From an uncultured Candidatus Rokubacteria bacterium (GTDB taxonomy: Bacteria; Methylomirabilota; Methylomirabilia; Rokubacteriales; DASRDR01), in contig CAWDVE010000017.1 of the NCBI GenBank assembly GCA_963805625.1, forward strand, positions 576,001 to 640,000: a stretch of DNA of 64,000 bases. Reading direction: 5' to 3'. Under the pieces are notes generated by a model. That model was not told the DNA's origin. It saw only the letters and a list, made by a program, of their open reading frames with translations, and did no database searches. Of the stretch, positions 19,772 through 29,967 are shown in pieces. Made by a program: the position numbers and the translations under genes. How positions within the stretch are numbered: the first letter of the stretch is position 1; the number at the start of each line of letters is the position of its first letter.

Positions 19772-22294
19772 TCACACCCAGTCGAGGGCCTTCAGCAAGC
19801 CACGCTGCTCTTCCAGTCGCTTCGTCCGATCCCTGGCGAACCGCGTGACCCCCGCGAAGATCGACTCGGGATCCAGATGCGCCTCGGCGATGACGTCCGC
19901 CTCGAGCCCGCCCGTCAGCCACTGATTGTCCCAGTCGGACGTCAGGGAGTACTCGTCGGTCAGCGAGCCGACGTTCCGCAAGGGCCACATCCGGCGCGTG
20001 CCCGAGCTGACGAACATGAGATCCTGCCGCGCCTCCGGCGGAAGGATGGCTCTCTGATAGGCGGCGGTCTGCCGATCGAACAGGTCCTCGCTGATCGCGG
20101 AGATGACCTTCACGTTGATCCCCGCCTGCTCCAGCCGCGGCAGGACGCTCACCAGGTTGAACGTGGCGCTCGACCCCTGCGCGACCACGTAGCCGTGCCT
20201 CGGCTGGCCCGGCGCGAAGTCCCGGATGACGTAGAGCCCCTTCGCCGCGGCGCGGATGTCAGTGTCCGCGAACTTGGTGCGATCCGCCACCTTGAAGTCC
20301 GGCCGCGCCACCTCGATGATGATGACGCCCACCTTCTTCTCGCGTGCCGCGATCTCGGCCGCCGCAAAGTATCCCGGCGCGACGTCGTTGTAGTCCCAGA
20401 AGCTCAGGTGGATCGCGTGACCGCGCGGGAAGAGCTTCCACACCTGCGGGGAGAAGATCCCGAAGTGCGTCCGGGCGTCGGCCGCCGTCTCCGGGCCGGA
20501 GTGCCCGGCCAGGATGTGTAGAACCCCCATCCGGAACTTGCTGTCCTGGTTCTGCTGGCTCCAGACGCGCGCGGGCAGGTACATCAACGGCGTGAACGCC
20601 CCGTAGGTGCCGCTGAACGCCCAGACGCCCGCAAACTTGTCGGGGTCGACCGACGCACTCTGGCTGACCAGGCCGATCGCCGTCGACACGTTGCCGGCCT
20701 CCTGGATCGCCGCCTTGAGGCGTGTGCCGAGCGGATTCGTGTCGGGATCGTAGTGCCCCCAGAGGCTACCGTGCTCCAGGTTCACCGACTCCGACAGGTC
20801 CGCGGCCAGTGTGAGCGCGCGGTTCTCGGTGACGTAGTTCAGCCACTTGACGATCTCCGAGATGCCGCGGCGCGCGCCTGCGACCTCGCCGTACTTCCGG
20901 AAGAGCGCGACCTTGACCTGCTTCTCCGCCCCCGAGAGCGGGTTCTTCACGGAGAGGGTCTGCGGCTCCTCGGGAAGGTTCGCGACACGAAGCCGGTCGT
21001 CCTGGAAGGGGTCGTGCCGGACGTCGATGCGGACCTTCAGGTCGTCCGTGAGCGAGTCGCCGATCTCCACCAGGCGATCGGCCAGCCACTCGCCGAGCTC
21101 GTGGCGATCGAGGACGGACATCGCGACGTCGATGTTCGTCTTGAACTGGATCAGGCGCTCGCGCGGGTCGGTCACCGCGCCGTCGCGGATCCCGACGAAC
21201 TTCACCCCGTAGCGCTGCTCGAAGGTCTGCGCGAGCGAAACGAAGTACTCCGAGTTCATCTTGAAGGCGTAGGGGTGGCTCGGATACCCCACGATCTGGT
21301 CCGCGCCCGGGAGCTTTCCGTTCACCGCGCCGGGCCAGTACCCCTTGATCGTCTTGCCGAACACGATCATCGGCCGGCGATCGCGAGGGTCCCACTCCTC
21401 CATGTTCCTCAGCACCCGGACGATCTGGTCGTAATCGTGGCCGTCCGGGATGGACAGGACGTTCCAGCCGTAGGACGTCCACTGATCGATCAGGCGGTAA
21501 CCGTCAAACTTCCGGCTCACCACGCCGCCGATCAGCGCGTCGTCGATGCCGGCATTGTTGTCGGAGAAGAAGATCCGGAGGCGCTTGCCCACCTGGAGCG
21601 CGATGGCCTGCGTCTTCAGCTCCTGGGCGTGGCCCGCGCACATCGCGAACTCGCCCTCGAAGGCGACGACCTTGGGCGACCCCGCCGGCGCGCCGATGAA
21701 GTCCCAGAACGCGGCCTTGCCCGCCGCGGTGGCGATCCCGATCCCCGATGGGCCGCCGTTGACGTCGTTCGTGACGTCCGTCGATTCGATGTGCCCCGAC
21801 AGCGCTCGAATGCCGCGGCCGCGAGCCTGCGCGAACAGCGGATGATCGGTGAGTCCCTGCTCGGCGAGCAGGGTCTTCAGGGCGCCGGCGCCACGCCGGA
21901 ACCCCAGCGCGTCCACCGACAGCATGGCCGCGTCGGGCGCCACGTGATAGCGCCGATCGCCCGTGGCCTCGTGCCGGCGGTACATCGCCTCGCCCATGAT
22001 CATCCACAGCGCGTAGCAGGTGGGGGCACAGTGGCCGGCGGCCAGCATGAACTTGTCGGCGTACGGGTGCTTTTGCCGCCGGTAGTCGAAGCGCAGCCCG
22101 CCCGAGGCCGGCCCCGCCAGGTGCGTTGCCACGTTGAATGGCGTGTAGGCGAGCGGGCCCCCGAAGTGCCCGGTCTGCGCGTAGTTACCGAGCAGCACCA
22201 GCGTCATGCACGTCATGTAGCCGACGTCTTCGAGTCGCTGCCGCTCCGATGGCACCTTCGATCCGCCGACCGACACTGGCGACGCTTGGCTCAT
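19772..22294 (-). CDS. Divergent transketolase-family ThDP enzyme
   Basis: GHFGGPL, DKFMLAAGH, SGH, GGPSGIG, TIKG, ADL, IQEAG, GTYGAF, HSG.ETAADARTH; ThDP motif reads GEF...DNN. Confidence 0.8.
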   Translation of the reverse strand: MSQASPVSVGGSKVPSERQRLEDVGYMTCMTLVLLGNYAQTGHFGGPLAYTPFNVATHLAGPASGGLRFDYRRQKHPYADKFMLAAGHCAPTCYALWMIMGEAMYRRHEATGDRRYHVAPDAAMLSVDALGFRRGAGALKTLLAEQGLTDHPLFAQARGRGIRALSGHIESTDVTNDVNGGPSGIGIATAAGKAAFWDFIGAPAGSPKVVAFEGEFAMCAGHAQELKTQAIALQVGKRLRIFFSDNNAGIDDALIGGVVSRKFDGYRLIDQWTSYGWNVLSIPDGHDYDQIVRVLRNMEEWDPRDRRPMIVFGKTIKGYWPGAVNGKLPGADQIVGYPSHPYAFKMNSEYFVSLAQTFEQRYGVKFVGIRDGAVTDPRERLIQFKTNIDVAMSVLDRHELGEWLADRLVEIGDSLTDDLKVRIDVRHDPFQDDRLRVANLPEEPQTLSVKNPLSGAEKQVKVALFRKYGEVAGARRGISEIVKWLNYVTENRALTLAADLSESVNLEHGSLWGHYDPDTNPLGTRLKAAIQEAGNVSTAIGLVSQSASVDPDKFAGVWAFSGTYGAFTPLMYLPARVWSQQNQDSKFRMGVLHILAGHSGPETAADARTHFGIFSPQVWKLFPRGHAIHLSFWDYNDVAPGYFAAAEIAAREKKVGVIIIEVARPDFKVADRTKFADTDIRAAAKGLYVIRDFAPGQPRHGYVVAQGSSATFNLVSVLPRLEQAGINVKVISAISEDLFDRQTAAYQRAILPPEARQDLMFVSSGTRRMWPLRNVGSLTDEYSLTSDWDNQWLTGGLEADVIAEAHLDPESIFAGVTRFARDRTKRLEEQRGLLKALDWV

Positions 22295-22595
22295 TGGAAT
22301 CTCCCACCCTTCCCGTGTGGATGACGGTTCGGCCGCGACACGCTCCGGGCGGCTGGCACCCGCGAACTCCCCGTGTGCCCGAGGCATTGTCCGAGGCTGC
22401 CCGAGAATTCTACCCGAAGTTGGGCGGTTCGGGGATGAGGGGCGGATCGCCCAGAGGGCCCGGTGGCGGGCCGGCCAGCCGGGTCCCCGTCCTGGGCGGA
22501 ATCCGAGAGCGGAGCCCGCCTCCCCCCGCAGGCTCAGCCGGCTTTCAGGGACGCCGTGCGGCCGAGCGGGGCCGGTGCCGGCCCCGCTCGTGAGG

Positions 22596-24083
22596 CTAGT
22601 GCCCCGCCATGCTTGGGGTGCCCTCGCCGTGGAAGACCTCCGGGTTGTCTGCGCCCTCGACGATCAGGAATCCGGCCAGGCCGCGCTCGAGTCGTGACAG
22701 CGCGTGGTCCACCAGGATGTAGCGGCCCGGCACCTGGAGCTTGAACTCGACGATCGTGGCCCCGCCCGCGGGGACGGTCGTCGTCTGCACGTTGGTCGCT
22801 CCGGGCGAGCCGATGGCTGCCTGGTCGTACACGTGGTCGAAGATCTCGCCGATGACGTGGAACGAGGACGTGGCGTTCGGTCCGCCCACGCCGAAGTAGA
22901 TCCGGACCGTCTCGCCGACCGTGGCCTTCATCGGATGCTCGGCCGTGAGAGCGCCCACCGCGCCGTTGAAGACGAAGTACTCGGCGCGTTCGGCGAGGAG
23001 CTTCTCGACGCTGAATTCGTCGTGACCTCGCTGCCCGAAGGCCCGGTCGGTGTAGAGCTCGCCCTGCATGACGTAGAACTCGCGATCGACCTTCGGCAGA
23101 CCGCCCACCGGCTCCACCAGGATGAGCCCGTACATTCCGCTGGTGATGTGGTTGGCCACCATCGGCGTCGCGCAGTGATAGACGTATAGCCCCGGGTTGA
23201 GCGCCTTGAAGCTGAATGCCTTCGTCTCGCCGGGCGGGGTCTGGGTCATCACGGCGCCGCCCCCGGGCCCGGTCACCGCGTGAAGGTCGATGGAGTGGAT
23301 CATCCGGCTGGTCTCGCGGTTCTTGAAGGTGAGCTTCACCGTGTCGCCCACGCGCACGCGAAGGAACGGCCCCGGGACCTTGCCGTTGAAGGTCCAGTAG
23401 TTGTAGGTCGTCTCGTTTGCCAGCCTTCCGATCAGCTCCACTGCCTCCAGCTCGATCGCCACCGTCTGGGGCGCCCCTGCCGGGAGCGGGCCCGGGAGGT
23501 CTGCCGGGTTCCGGGCGATGCTGACCGAGGGGGGCAAGGCCGCCACCGCGGGCTTGCCCCCGCCCACCACGAGCTTTCCCTCCATCCCCGCCTGCCGATG
23601 CCCCGGCAGCGAGCAGAAGTACGCGAACTCGCCTGCCTGATCAGCACGGAACACGGTGACGCTGCTTGCGCCCTTGCGGTTGACGCGGTCGGTGGCGGCC
23701 TTGAATTCCGGGAACACGACGTCGTGCTCCACCCCGTCGCCGTTGATGATGCCGACCTGGACGACGTCACCCTCAGCCACGCGAAGGGTCGGGTTGACGA
23801 TTCCCTCGATGTCGCCGCCGACGCCGACGAAGGCCATCTTGCCCTCGGCCAGCTCGGTGCGCAGGCGGAAGCGCACGTTCGGCGTGTAGTCCGCCGCCGG
23901 ACTCTGCTTGGAGACCTGCGGCGCGGCTGGCGCGGCCGGGGCTGGCTGGGCTGGTGCCGCCGGCCGGCTCTGGGCCATGTGGGCCTTCCCACCACCATGG
24001 GACATCTGGGCGCCAGCCTCAGGTGCCAGGGCAGGAACGAAGAGCCAGACGACGCACAGGAGGGAGGTCAGGAGGGAGATCAT
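22596..24083 (-). CDS. nirK: Copper-containing nitrite reductase with extra N-terminal cupredoxin domain
   Basis: Signal peptide; N-domain H..YFCSLPGHRQAGM; catalytic HSIDLH, YHCATPMVANHITSGM, SSFHVIGE, ILVDH. Confidence 0.93.
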   Translation of the reverse strand: MISLLTSLLCVVWLFVPALAPEAGAQMSHGGGKAHMAQSRPAAPAQPAPAAPAAPQVSKQSPAADYTPNVRFRLRTELAEGKMAFVGVGGDIEGIVNPTLRVAEGDVVQVGIINGDGVEHDVVFPEFKAATDRVNRKGASSVTVFRADQAGEFAYFCSLPGHRQAGMEGKLVVGGGKPAVAALPPSVSIARNPADLPGPLPAGAPQTVAIELEAVELIGRLANETTYNYWTFNGKVPGPFLRVRVGDTVKLTFKNRETSRMIHSIDLHAVTGPGGGAVMTQTPPGETKAFSFKALNPGLYVYHCATPMVANHITSGMYGLILVEPVGGLPKVDREFYVMQGELYTDRAFGQRGHDEFSVEKLLAERAEYFVFNGAVGALTAEHPMKATVGETVRIYFGVGGPNATSSFHVIGEIFDHVYDQAAIGSPGATNVQTTTVPAGGATIVEFKLQVPGRYILVDHALSRLERGLAGFLIVEGADNPEVFHGEGTPSMAGH

Positions 24084-24351
24084 GACTATCCTTTCCGCCG
24101 GGCTATAGGATCGCTCCGGCCTGTGCCGATCAACCGCGGGTGTGATCACTGCACTGGTGGTGCCAGCCAGGCCCCGCGCCTCGAATGCTGATCTGTGCGG
24201 AGATGCAGCCGCCGTGGCTGCAGGGGGCTGGGTCACATGCGCCCCATCGGGGCATTGGAGGGTCACCGTCCCGCCGGGCCCCGGGTCACTCCCTGACGCC
24301 GGCGGGGCGCCGCGACCGTGCTGATCGCTGGGATACACTGGCGCCACCACC

Positions 24352-25386
24352 ATGGCGCCATCCTGGATGGAGTCCGAGATCCGGAGTCAGCCCGCCATGC
24401 TCACCCGGCTCGCCGAGGATGCGGCGCCGCTGGTGGCCGAGCTCGGCCGGGCGATCGGGCGGCGGCGACCCCGGTTCGCCGTGCTGGCCGCGCGCGGCTC
24501 GTCCGACCACGCTGCGATCTACGGGAAGTACCTCCTCGAGATTCAGGCTGGCCTCGTCGCTTCCCTGGCCGCGCCGTCCGTCTACTCGGTCTACGAGCGG
24601 AGCCCGGACGTCCGGGACGCGCTCGCCATCGGTATCTCCCAGTCTGGGCAATCGCCCGACATCGTCTCGGCCATCGACGGGGCCCGGCGCGCTGGAGCCC
24701 TCGCGCTCGCGGTGACCAACGACGAGACCTCCCCACTTGCCAGGGCCGCCGACCTCGTGCTGCCCCTGGGCGTGGGACTCGAGCGCAGCATCGCGGCCAC
24801 CAAGACGTTCACGGCCGAGCTCCTCGCGCTCTGGCTCCTCGTCGGCGCCGTCGCGGGCGCGGACCCGGCGCCCGCGCGTGGTGTGGGCGAGCAGGTCGCG
24901 CATGCCCTCGATGCGGCCGAGCGCGCGCTCGCCGGGCTCTCGCTCGGAGATGCGGCGGGCCCGGTCGTGGTGGTGGGCCGCGGATACAGCTTCCCGATCG
25001 CCCTCGAGATCGCCCTCAAGCTCCGAGAGGTCGGCGTCCGGAACGCTCAGGGGTTCTCCGCGGCCGACCTGCTGCACGGCCACATCGCGGCGGTCCGCCC
25101 GGGCACGGCCGCCGTCCTGGCCGGCGCGGCTGGCCCGACTCTCCCGAGCCTGGTCGATTGCGCGGCGGCCCTCCGCGCGCGCGGGGCGCGGACCTTCGTG
25201 ATGAGCGACGCCCCCGAGCTGCGCCAGTCGGCGGACGTCAGGGTCCCGCTCCAGGCGGCGACCGAGAGTCTGGCGGCGATCCCCATGACCGTCGTCGGTC
25301 AGTGGCTCACCCTTCAGGACGCGGTGACCCGGGGGCTCGACCCGGATCGGCCTCCCGGTCTCTCGAAGATTGTCCGCACGGTCTGA
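24352..25386 (+). CDS. Double SIS-domain protein (GlmS isomerase-like / glucosamine-6-phosphate deaminase type)
   Basis: M..EI.SQP, ARGSSDHA, ISQSGQSPD, AATKTF, ALEIALKLRE, LHG, LSK.V.T. Confidence 0.88.
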   Translation: MAPSWMESEIRSQPAMLTRLAEDAAPLVAELGRAIGRRRPRFAVLAARGSSDHAAIYGKYLLEIQAGLVASLAAPSVYSVYERSPDVRDALAIGISQSGQSPDIVSAIDGARRAGALALAVTNDETSPLARAADLVLPLGVGLERSIAATKTFTAELLALWLLVGAVAGADPAPARGVGEQVAHALDAAERALAGLSLGDAAGPVVVVGRGYSFPIALEIALKLREVGVRNAQGFSAADLLHGHIAAVRPGTAAVLAGAAGPTLPSLVDCAAALRARGARTFVMSDAPELRQSADVRVPLQAATESLAAIPMTVVGQWLTLQDAVTRGLDPDRPPGLSKIVRTV

Positions 25387-25547
25387 CTGTGGCAGGCCGC
25401 CAGCGGCCGCACGACGCGCGGAGCGGGTCTTGCCCGGACGCTGGAAGCCGTGCTTTTCTTCATGCAACAGCATCGTAGGGTAGCCGGGCGAGACGAACCC
25501 GGGGACGGACCTTGAAAGGGCGGCTTCGAGCCGCGGAGGAGCCGAGA

Positions 25548-26570
25548 ATGAAGGGGACGATCCGAAAGGCGTGCGGGATCGCGCTGGGCGGCGCGCTGGC
25601 GTGGCTCGGTCTCCTGGCGGCGCCGGCCGCCGGCCAGGGGAAACCCGAGGGCGAGGTCGTTGTCTACTCGGCGGCGGACGCCGACATGGTGAACGCCATG
25701 GTCGCGGCGTTCCAGCAGAAGTACCCAGCGGTCAAGGTCTCGACGGTGGTTGCCGGCACCGGGGAGGTCATCAAGCGGGTCGAGGCGGAGGCGAGCCGCC
25801 CGCTCGGCGACGTGCTGTGGAGCGTGGGTCCCGAGAGCCTCGGCGCCAAGAAGAGCCTTCTCGCGCCCTACGAGAGCCGGGAGGCCGCAGCGTTCTTCCC
25901 GGGCCAGGCGCCGTCAGACCGCGTCTGGACGCCATTCACCGTCATGCCCTACATCATCATGTACAACAAGAAGCTCGTGCCGGACGGTGAGGCACCCAAG
26001 GCCTGGAAGGACGTGCTGGACGCTCGGTGGAAGGGGAAGGTCGCCTACGCGGACGCGAGCAAGTCCGGCTCGTCCTACACGCTGCTCGTGACCTGGCTGA
26101 CGGTCTTTGGGAAGAACGACACGGGCTGGAAGTTCGTGGAAGACGTCCTCCGCCAGTCCAAGGTGCTGCCCAAGTCGAGCATGACGTATCAGATGGTGGC
26201 GAACGCCGAGATCCCCATCGGCCTCACCTTCGAGCAGGCGGCGTTCGACTATCTCAAGGGCGGGGCTCCCATCGGGATCGTGTATCCATCGGAAGGCACG
26301 GCCATCATCCCCGACGGCAGCGCGCTCATCGCCAACGCGCCTCACCCGAACGCGGCACGCCTCTTCCTCGACTTCACGGTCTCGAAGGAGGGGCAGGCGC
26401 TCGTCGTCGAGAAGTTCGGCCGCCGGTCCGTGCGTCGTGACGTCGCGACCCCCGCGGGCCTGCCGACGCTCGACAAGATCAAGCCGATCACCTACGACCT
26501 CCAGTGGGCCGCCGACAACCGCGCCGAGATCCTCAAGCGGTTCCAGGACACGCTGATCAAGACCCAGTGA
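25548..26570 (+). CDS. ABC substrate-binding protein (AfuA/FbpA-like family)
   Basis: Signal peptide; VVYSA, GTGE...R..AE..P.GDV.W, P..W.D, SGSSY, P.EG. Confidence 0.85.
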   Translation: MKGTIRKACGIALGGALAWLGLLAAPAAGQGKPEGEVVVYSAADADMVNAMVAAFQQKYPAVKVSTVVAGTGEVIKRVEAEASRPLGDVLWSVGPESLGAKKSLLAPYESREAAAFFPGQAPSDRVWTPFTVMPYIIMYNKKLVPDGEAPKAWKDVLDARWKGKVAYADASKSGSSYTLLVTWLTVFGKNDTGWKFVEDVLRQSKVLPKSSMTYQMVANAEIPIGLTFEQAAFDYLKGGAPIGIVYPSEGTAIIPDGSALIANAPHPNAARLFLDFTVSKEGQALVVEKFGRRSVRRDVATPAGLPTLDKIKPITYDLQWAADNRAEILKRFQDTLIKTQ

Positions 26571-26625
26571 GCGTCCGCTAGCCCGAGCTCCACTCTCCGC
26601 GCGGACTAGCCATCGCCGGGCGCCG

Positions 26626-27717
26626 ATGACACGGGTCCGCATCGACGGGATCGTCAAGCGCTTCGGCGAGGCGTCGGCGCTGAGCGGCGTCAGCCTCGAT
26701 CTGCCGCCCGGGGAACTCTTCACCCTGCTCGGCCCGAGCGGGTGCGGGAAGACCACGCTGCTCCGCATCGTGGCCGGATTGCTCGCCCAGGATGCGGGCT
26801 CCGTGGCGTTCGACGGGGTGCCGGTCGACCGCGTGCCGCCGTACCGGCGGAACATCGGCGTCGTGTTCCAGAGCTACGCGATCTTCCCGCACCTCACGGT
26901 CCGGCAGAACATCGCCTATGGACTCCGCGCGCGGCGGATGGACTCCGCGGGCGCGGCGGCGAAGGTGGTCGAGGCGGCCCGGATGGTCCAGATGGAGCCG
27001 CTCCTCGACCGCATGCCGGCCGCGCTCTCCGGAGGTCAGCAGCAGCGGGTCGTGCTGGCCCGGGCCCTCGTCATCGAGCCGCGCCTTCTCCTCATGGACG
27101 AGCCCCTGTCCAACCTGGACGCGAGGCTCCGCGTCGAGATACGGACCGTGATCCGCCGGCTCCAGCGGGCCCTCGGCATCACCACCCTCTACGTCACACA
27201 CGATCAGGAAGAGGCGCTCGCCATCTCGGACACCATCGCGGTCATGGACGGCGGAGAGGTCCTCCAGACCGGCCCGCCGTGGGCGCTCTACCGCGCCCCG
27301 CGGAACCGCTTCGTGGCGGAGTTCCTCGGGGGGATGAACGTCCTCGCGGGCCGGCTGACAAGTCCCGCAGGAGCGGGGGGCGTCACGGTGGTCGAGACCG
27401 ACTTCGGTGCGCCCTGGGGGGTGGCGGCGGACGGCCCGGCCCCGGGTGCCGGGCCGGTGTGGCTCGGGATCCGGCCGGAGTCACTCAGGATCGAGCCGCC
27501 CCCGGGTGCCGCGGACCGCTGGAACCAGGTGACGGGGACGGTGACGGAGGTCGGCTATCTCGGCGCCGTGGCGCGGTATCAGGTCGATGTCGCGTCCGGC
27601 GTCTCGCTGACGGTCGAGGTGCACGATCCGGATTTCCAGACCCTTCGACAGGTGGGTGACAGCGTGCGTCTCTGGTGCGACCCGGCCAAGGTCCGGATCC
27701 TGGCGCCGCATCCGTGA
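26626..27717 (+). CDS. ABC ATP-binding protein (PotA/FbpC-like, TOBE domain)
   Basis: GPSGCGKT, LSGGQQQR, MDEPLSNLD, VTHDQEEA. Confidence 0.95.
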   Translation: MTRVRIDGIVKRFGEASALSGVSLDLPPGELFTLLGPSGCGKTTLLRIVAGLLAQDAGSVAFDGVPVDRVPPYRRNIGVVFQSYAIFPHLTVRQNIAYGLRARRMDSAGAAAKVVEAARMVQMEPLLDRMPAALSGGQQQRVVLARALVIEPRLLLMDEPLSNLDARLRVEIRTVIRRLQRALGITTLYVTHDQEEALAISDTIAVMDGGEVLQTGPPWALYRAPRNRFVAEFLGGMNVLAGRLTSPAGAGGVTVVETDFGAPWGVAADGPAPGAGPVWLGIRPESLRIEPPPGAADRWNQVTGTVTEVGYLGAVARYQVDVASGVSLTVEVHDPDFQTLRQVGDSVRLWCDPAKVRILAPHP

Positions 27718-29393
27718 GCGGGACGGCCGTCCGTCCGGACGCACGACCGCGTCACCACGGCGATATCTGGTGGATCGTGAGCGCCCTCGGGTTCGCCGTC
27801 GTCCTCGCATTCCTCATCTGGCCCCTGGGACGGGTGCTGGCCGGTAGCGTCCTGGGCGAGAGCGGATGGCTCGCGCTCGGCGAGACCTACGGGCGCGTGG
27901 CTTCGCACCGATACTACTGGTCGAGTGTCCTCAACAGCCTTGGCCTGAGCGCAGCGGCCACGATCGGCGCGGTTCTCGTCGGTACGCCCTTGGCCGTCGC
28001 GCTGGCCCGGTACCCGATCCCGGGGACGGTCCTCGTCCGGACGGCGGCGAACCTTGCGCTCCTCTCGCCGCCGTTCATCGGCGCCTACTCCTGGGTCGTC
28101 CTCCTCGGGCGCAACGGCCTCGTGACCCGCTGGCTCGAACCCCTCGGGTGGCATGTCCCGACCATCTATGGCTACCGGGGCATCCTGCTGGCGTTCGTCG
28201 TCCAGTACTTCCCGCTAGTCTTCCTGCTCGTCTCGGGCGCGCTCACCGCCGTGGATCAGTCGATGGAAGACGCGGCGCTCAGCCTCGGGTCCCGCCCGCG
28301 ACAGGCTTTCTTTCGCGTCATCCTCCCCGTGATCCTCCCGTCGCTCACGGCGGGCGCCCTCCTCGTGTTCATGGCGACGATGGCCGATTTCGGCACCCCC
28401 ATGGTCCTCGGCGAGGGCTTGCGCACGCTCCCAACCCTCATGTACGGCGAGTTCATCAACGAGCTCGGCGGGAACCCCACGATGGCCAGCACGCTCGGGA
28501 GCCTCCTCATCCTGATCAACACGGCCGCCCTCATGGGGCAGCGCTACTGGGCCTTCCGGAAGGCCTATCACATCGTGTGCCTCCGGCCGCTCGAGCCGCG
28601 GCGCCCGCCGCGCGCCCGGCTCGCCGTGGCGTCGGCAGCCGTATACGGCGTGATCGCGCTCGCTCTCGTCCCCGCCGTGACCATCCTGGTGTCCTCGTTC
28701 ATGCCGACGCGGGGTCCGGTGATGTACCCGGGCCTGAGCCTCCAGAGCTACGCCACCGTGCTCCACCTCGTTCCGCGCGCGATCGCCAACACGTTCATGC
28801 TCACCGGCCTGGCCGTCGTCCTCGACGTTGCACTCGGGGTGCTCCTCGCGTACTGCCTCGCCCGGCGCCCGTCCCGGCCACACGCGGTGCTCGATGCTCT
28901 CATCATGCTGGCCTACGCGATTCCGGGCACGGTCGTCGGGGTCGGGCTGATCCTCGTCTACAATCGTCCGCCCATCGTCTTGACCGGGACCTGGGTCATC
29001 CTCCTCGTTTCCTACTTCATTCGCCACCTGCCCTATCCGGTGCGTGCCTGTACCGCGATGCTCCAGCAGATCGACGTCCGGGTCGAGGACGCATCGATCA
29101 GCCTCGGCGTCCCACCCTTCCGCACCTTCTTGCGGGTGACCGTGCCGCTCATGTTCCCCGCCATCGTGTCGGGCGCGACGCTCGCGTGGATCACGACGAT
29201 CGGCGAGCTGTCGTCGTCGATCCTGCTCTACTCGGGTCCGTGGGCGACGACGTCGGTCGCGATCTTCACCCAGGTCTTCAGCAACCACTTCGGCACGGCG
29301 TCCGCGCTCGCGTCGATCCTGATCGTGGCCGCCGCCGCGCCCCTGTTTCTCATGTACCGGCTCCTGGGCCGGCAGACCGCGGTGGCGCCGTGA
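27714..29393 (+). CDS. ABC permease with two TM domains (AfuB/FbpB-like)
   Basis: GTGA overlap with the ATPase gene; two EDAA..LG loops, DFGTP. Confidence 0.9.
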   Translation: MSGTAVRPDARPRHHGDIWWIVSALGFAVVLAFLIWPLGRVLAGSVLGESGWLALGETYGRVASHRYYWSSVLNSLGLSAAATIGAVLVGTPLAVALARYPIPGTVLVRTAANLALLSPPFIGAYSWVVLLGRNGLVTRWLEPLGWHVPTIYGYRGILLAFVVQYFPLVFLLVSGALTAVDQSMEDAALSLGSRPRQAFFRVILPVILPSLTAGALLVFMATMADFGTPMVLGEGLRTLPTLMYGEFINELGGNPTMASTLGSLLILINTAALMGQRYWAFRKAYHIVCLRPLEPRRPPRARLAVASAAVYGVIALALVPAVTILVSSFMPTRGPVMYPGLSLQSYATVLHLVPRAIANTFMLTGLAVVLDVALGVLLAYCLARRPSRPHAVLDALIMLAYAIPGTVVGVGLILVYNRPPIVLTGTWVILLVSYFIRHLPYPVRACTAMLQQIDVRVEDASISLGVPPFRTFLRVTVPLMFPAIVSGATLAWITTIGELSSSILLYSGPWATTSVAIFTQVFSNHFGTASALASILIVAAAAPLFLMYRLLGRQTAVAP

Positions 29394-29839
29394 CGACCGC
29401 TCCGCGCTTTCCCGTGTCGGTCAAGGGCATCCTGCTGGTGCCGGGGGATCCTCGCGTGGCCGGCAGCCGGCGCGTCGCGCTCCTCGAGAACGAGCGAGGC
29501 GAGTGGGAGCTGCCAGGAGGGAAGCTCGAGCGAGGGGAGACCCCCGAGACGTGTCTCGTCCGGGAGATCCGCGAGGAGCTGGGTGTCATCGCGACGCCTG
29601 GCCCCCTCCTCGACGTGTGGCTGTACCAGCTCCCGGCGGGCGCGCCGGCGAGCGAGGTCCTGGTCGTGACCTACGGGTGTCGCGCCGAGCCCTTCGACGA
29701 GATCCGCTGGACCGCCGAGCATCGTGGCGGTCTCCTGGCGTCGCTCGACGAGCTCGAGCGGCTGCCGATGCCGGAGGGCTACCGGCGATCGATCCGGGCC
29801 TGGGCGGCGACGTCCGGCGGGGAAGCCTTCCTGAGCTGA
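29390..29839 (+). CDS. NUDIX hydrolase
   Basis: GGKLERGETPETCLVREIREELG Nudix box; GTGA coupling. Confidence 0.88.
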   Translation: MTTAPRFPVSVKGILLVPGDPRVAGSRRVALLENERGEWELPGGKLERGETPETCLVREIREELGVIATPGPLLDVWLYQLPAGAPASEVLVVTYGCRAEPFDEIRWTAEHRGGLLASLDELERLPMPEGYRRSIRAWAATSGGEAFLS

Positions 29840-29967
29840 CGTGCATCGCGCGTCCGCCATGTCGAGCATCAGCGGGCGGCTTGTCGAAAGGGAGAGGGAC
29901 CTCTATCTTCAGGAGACGCGGCTCCCGCTCGAACCGCCCATCTAGACCCGAGGAGGCCGGACTCGCC

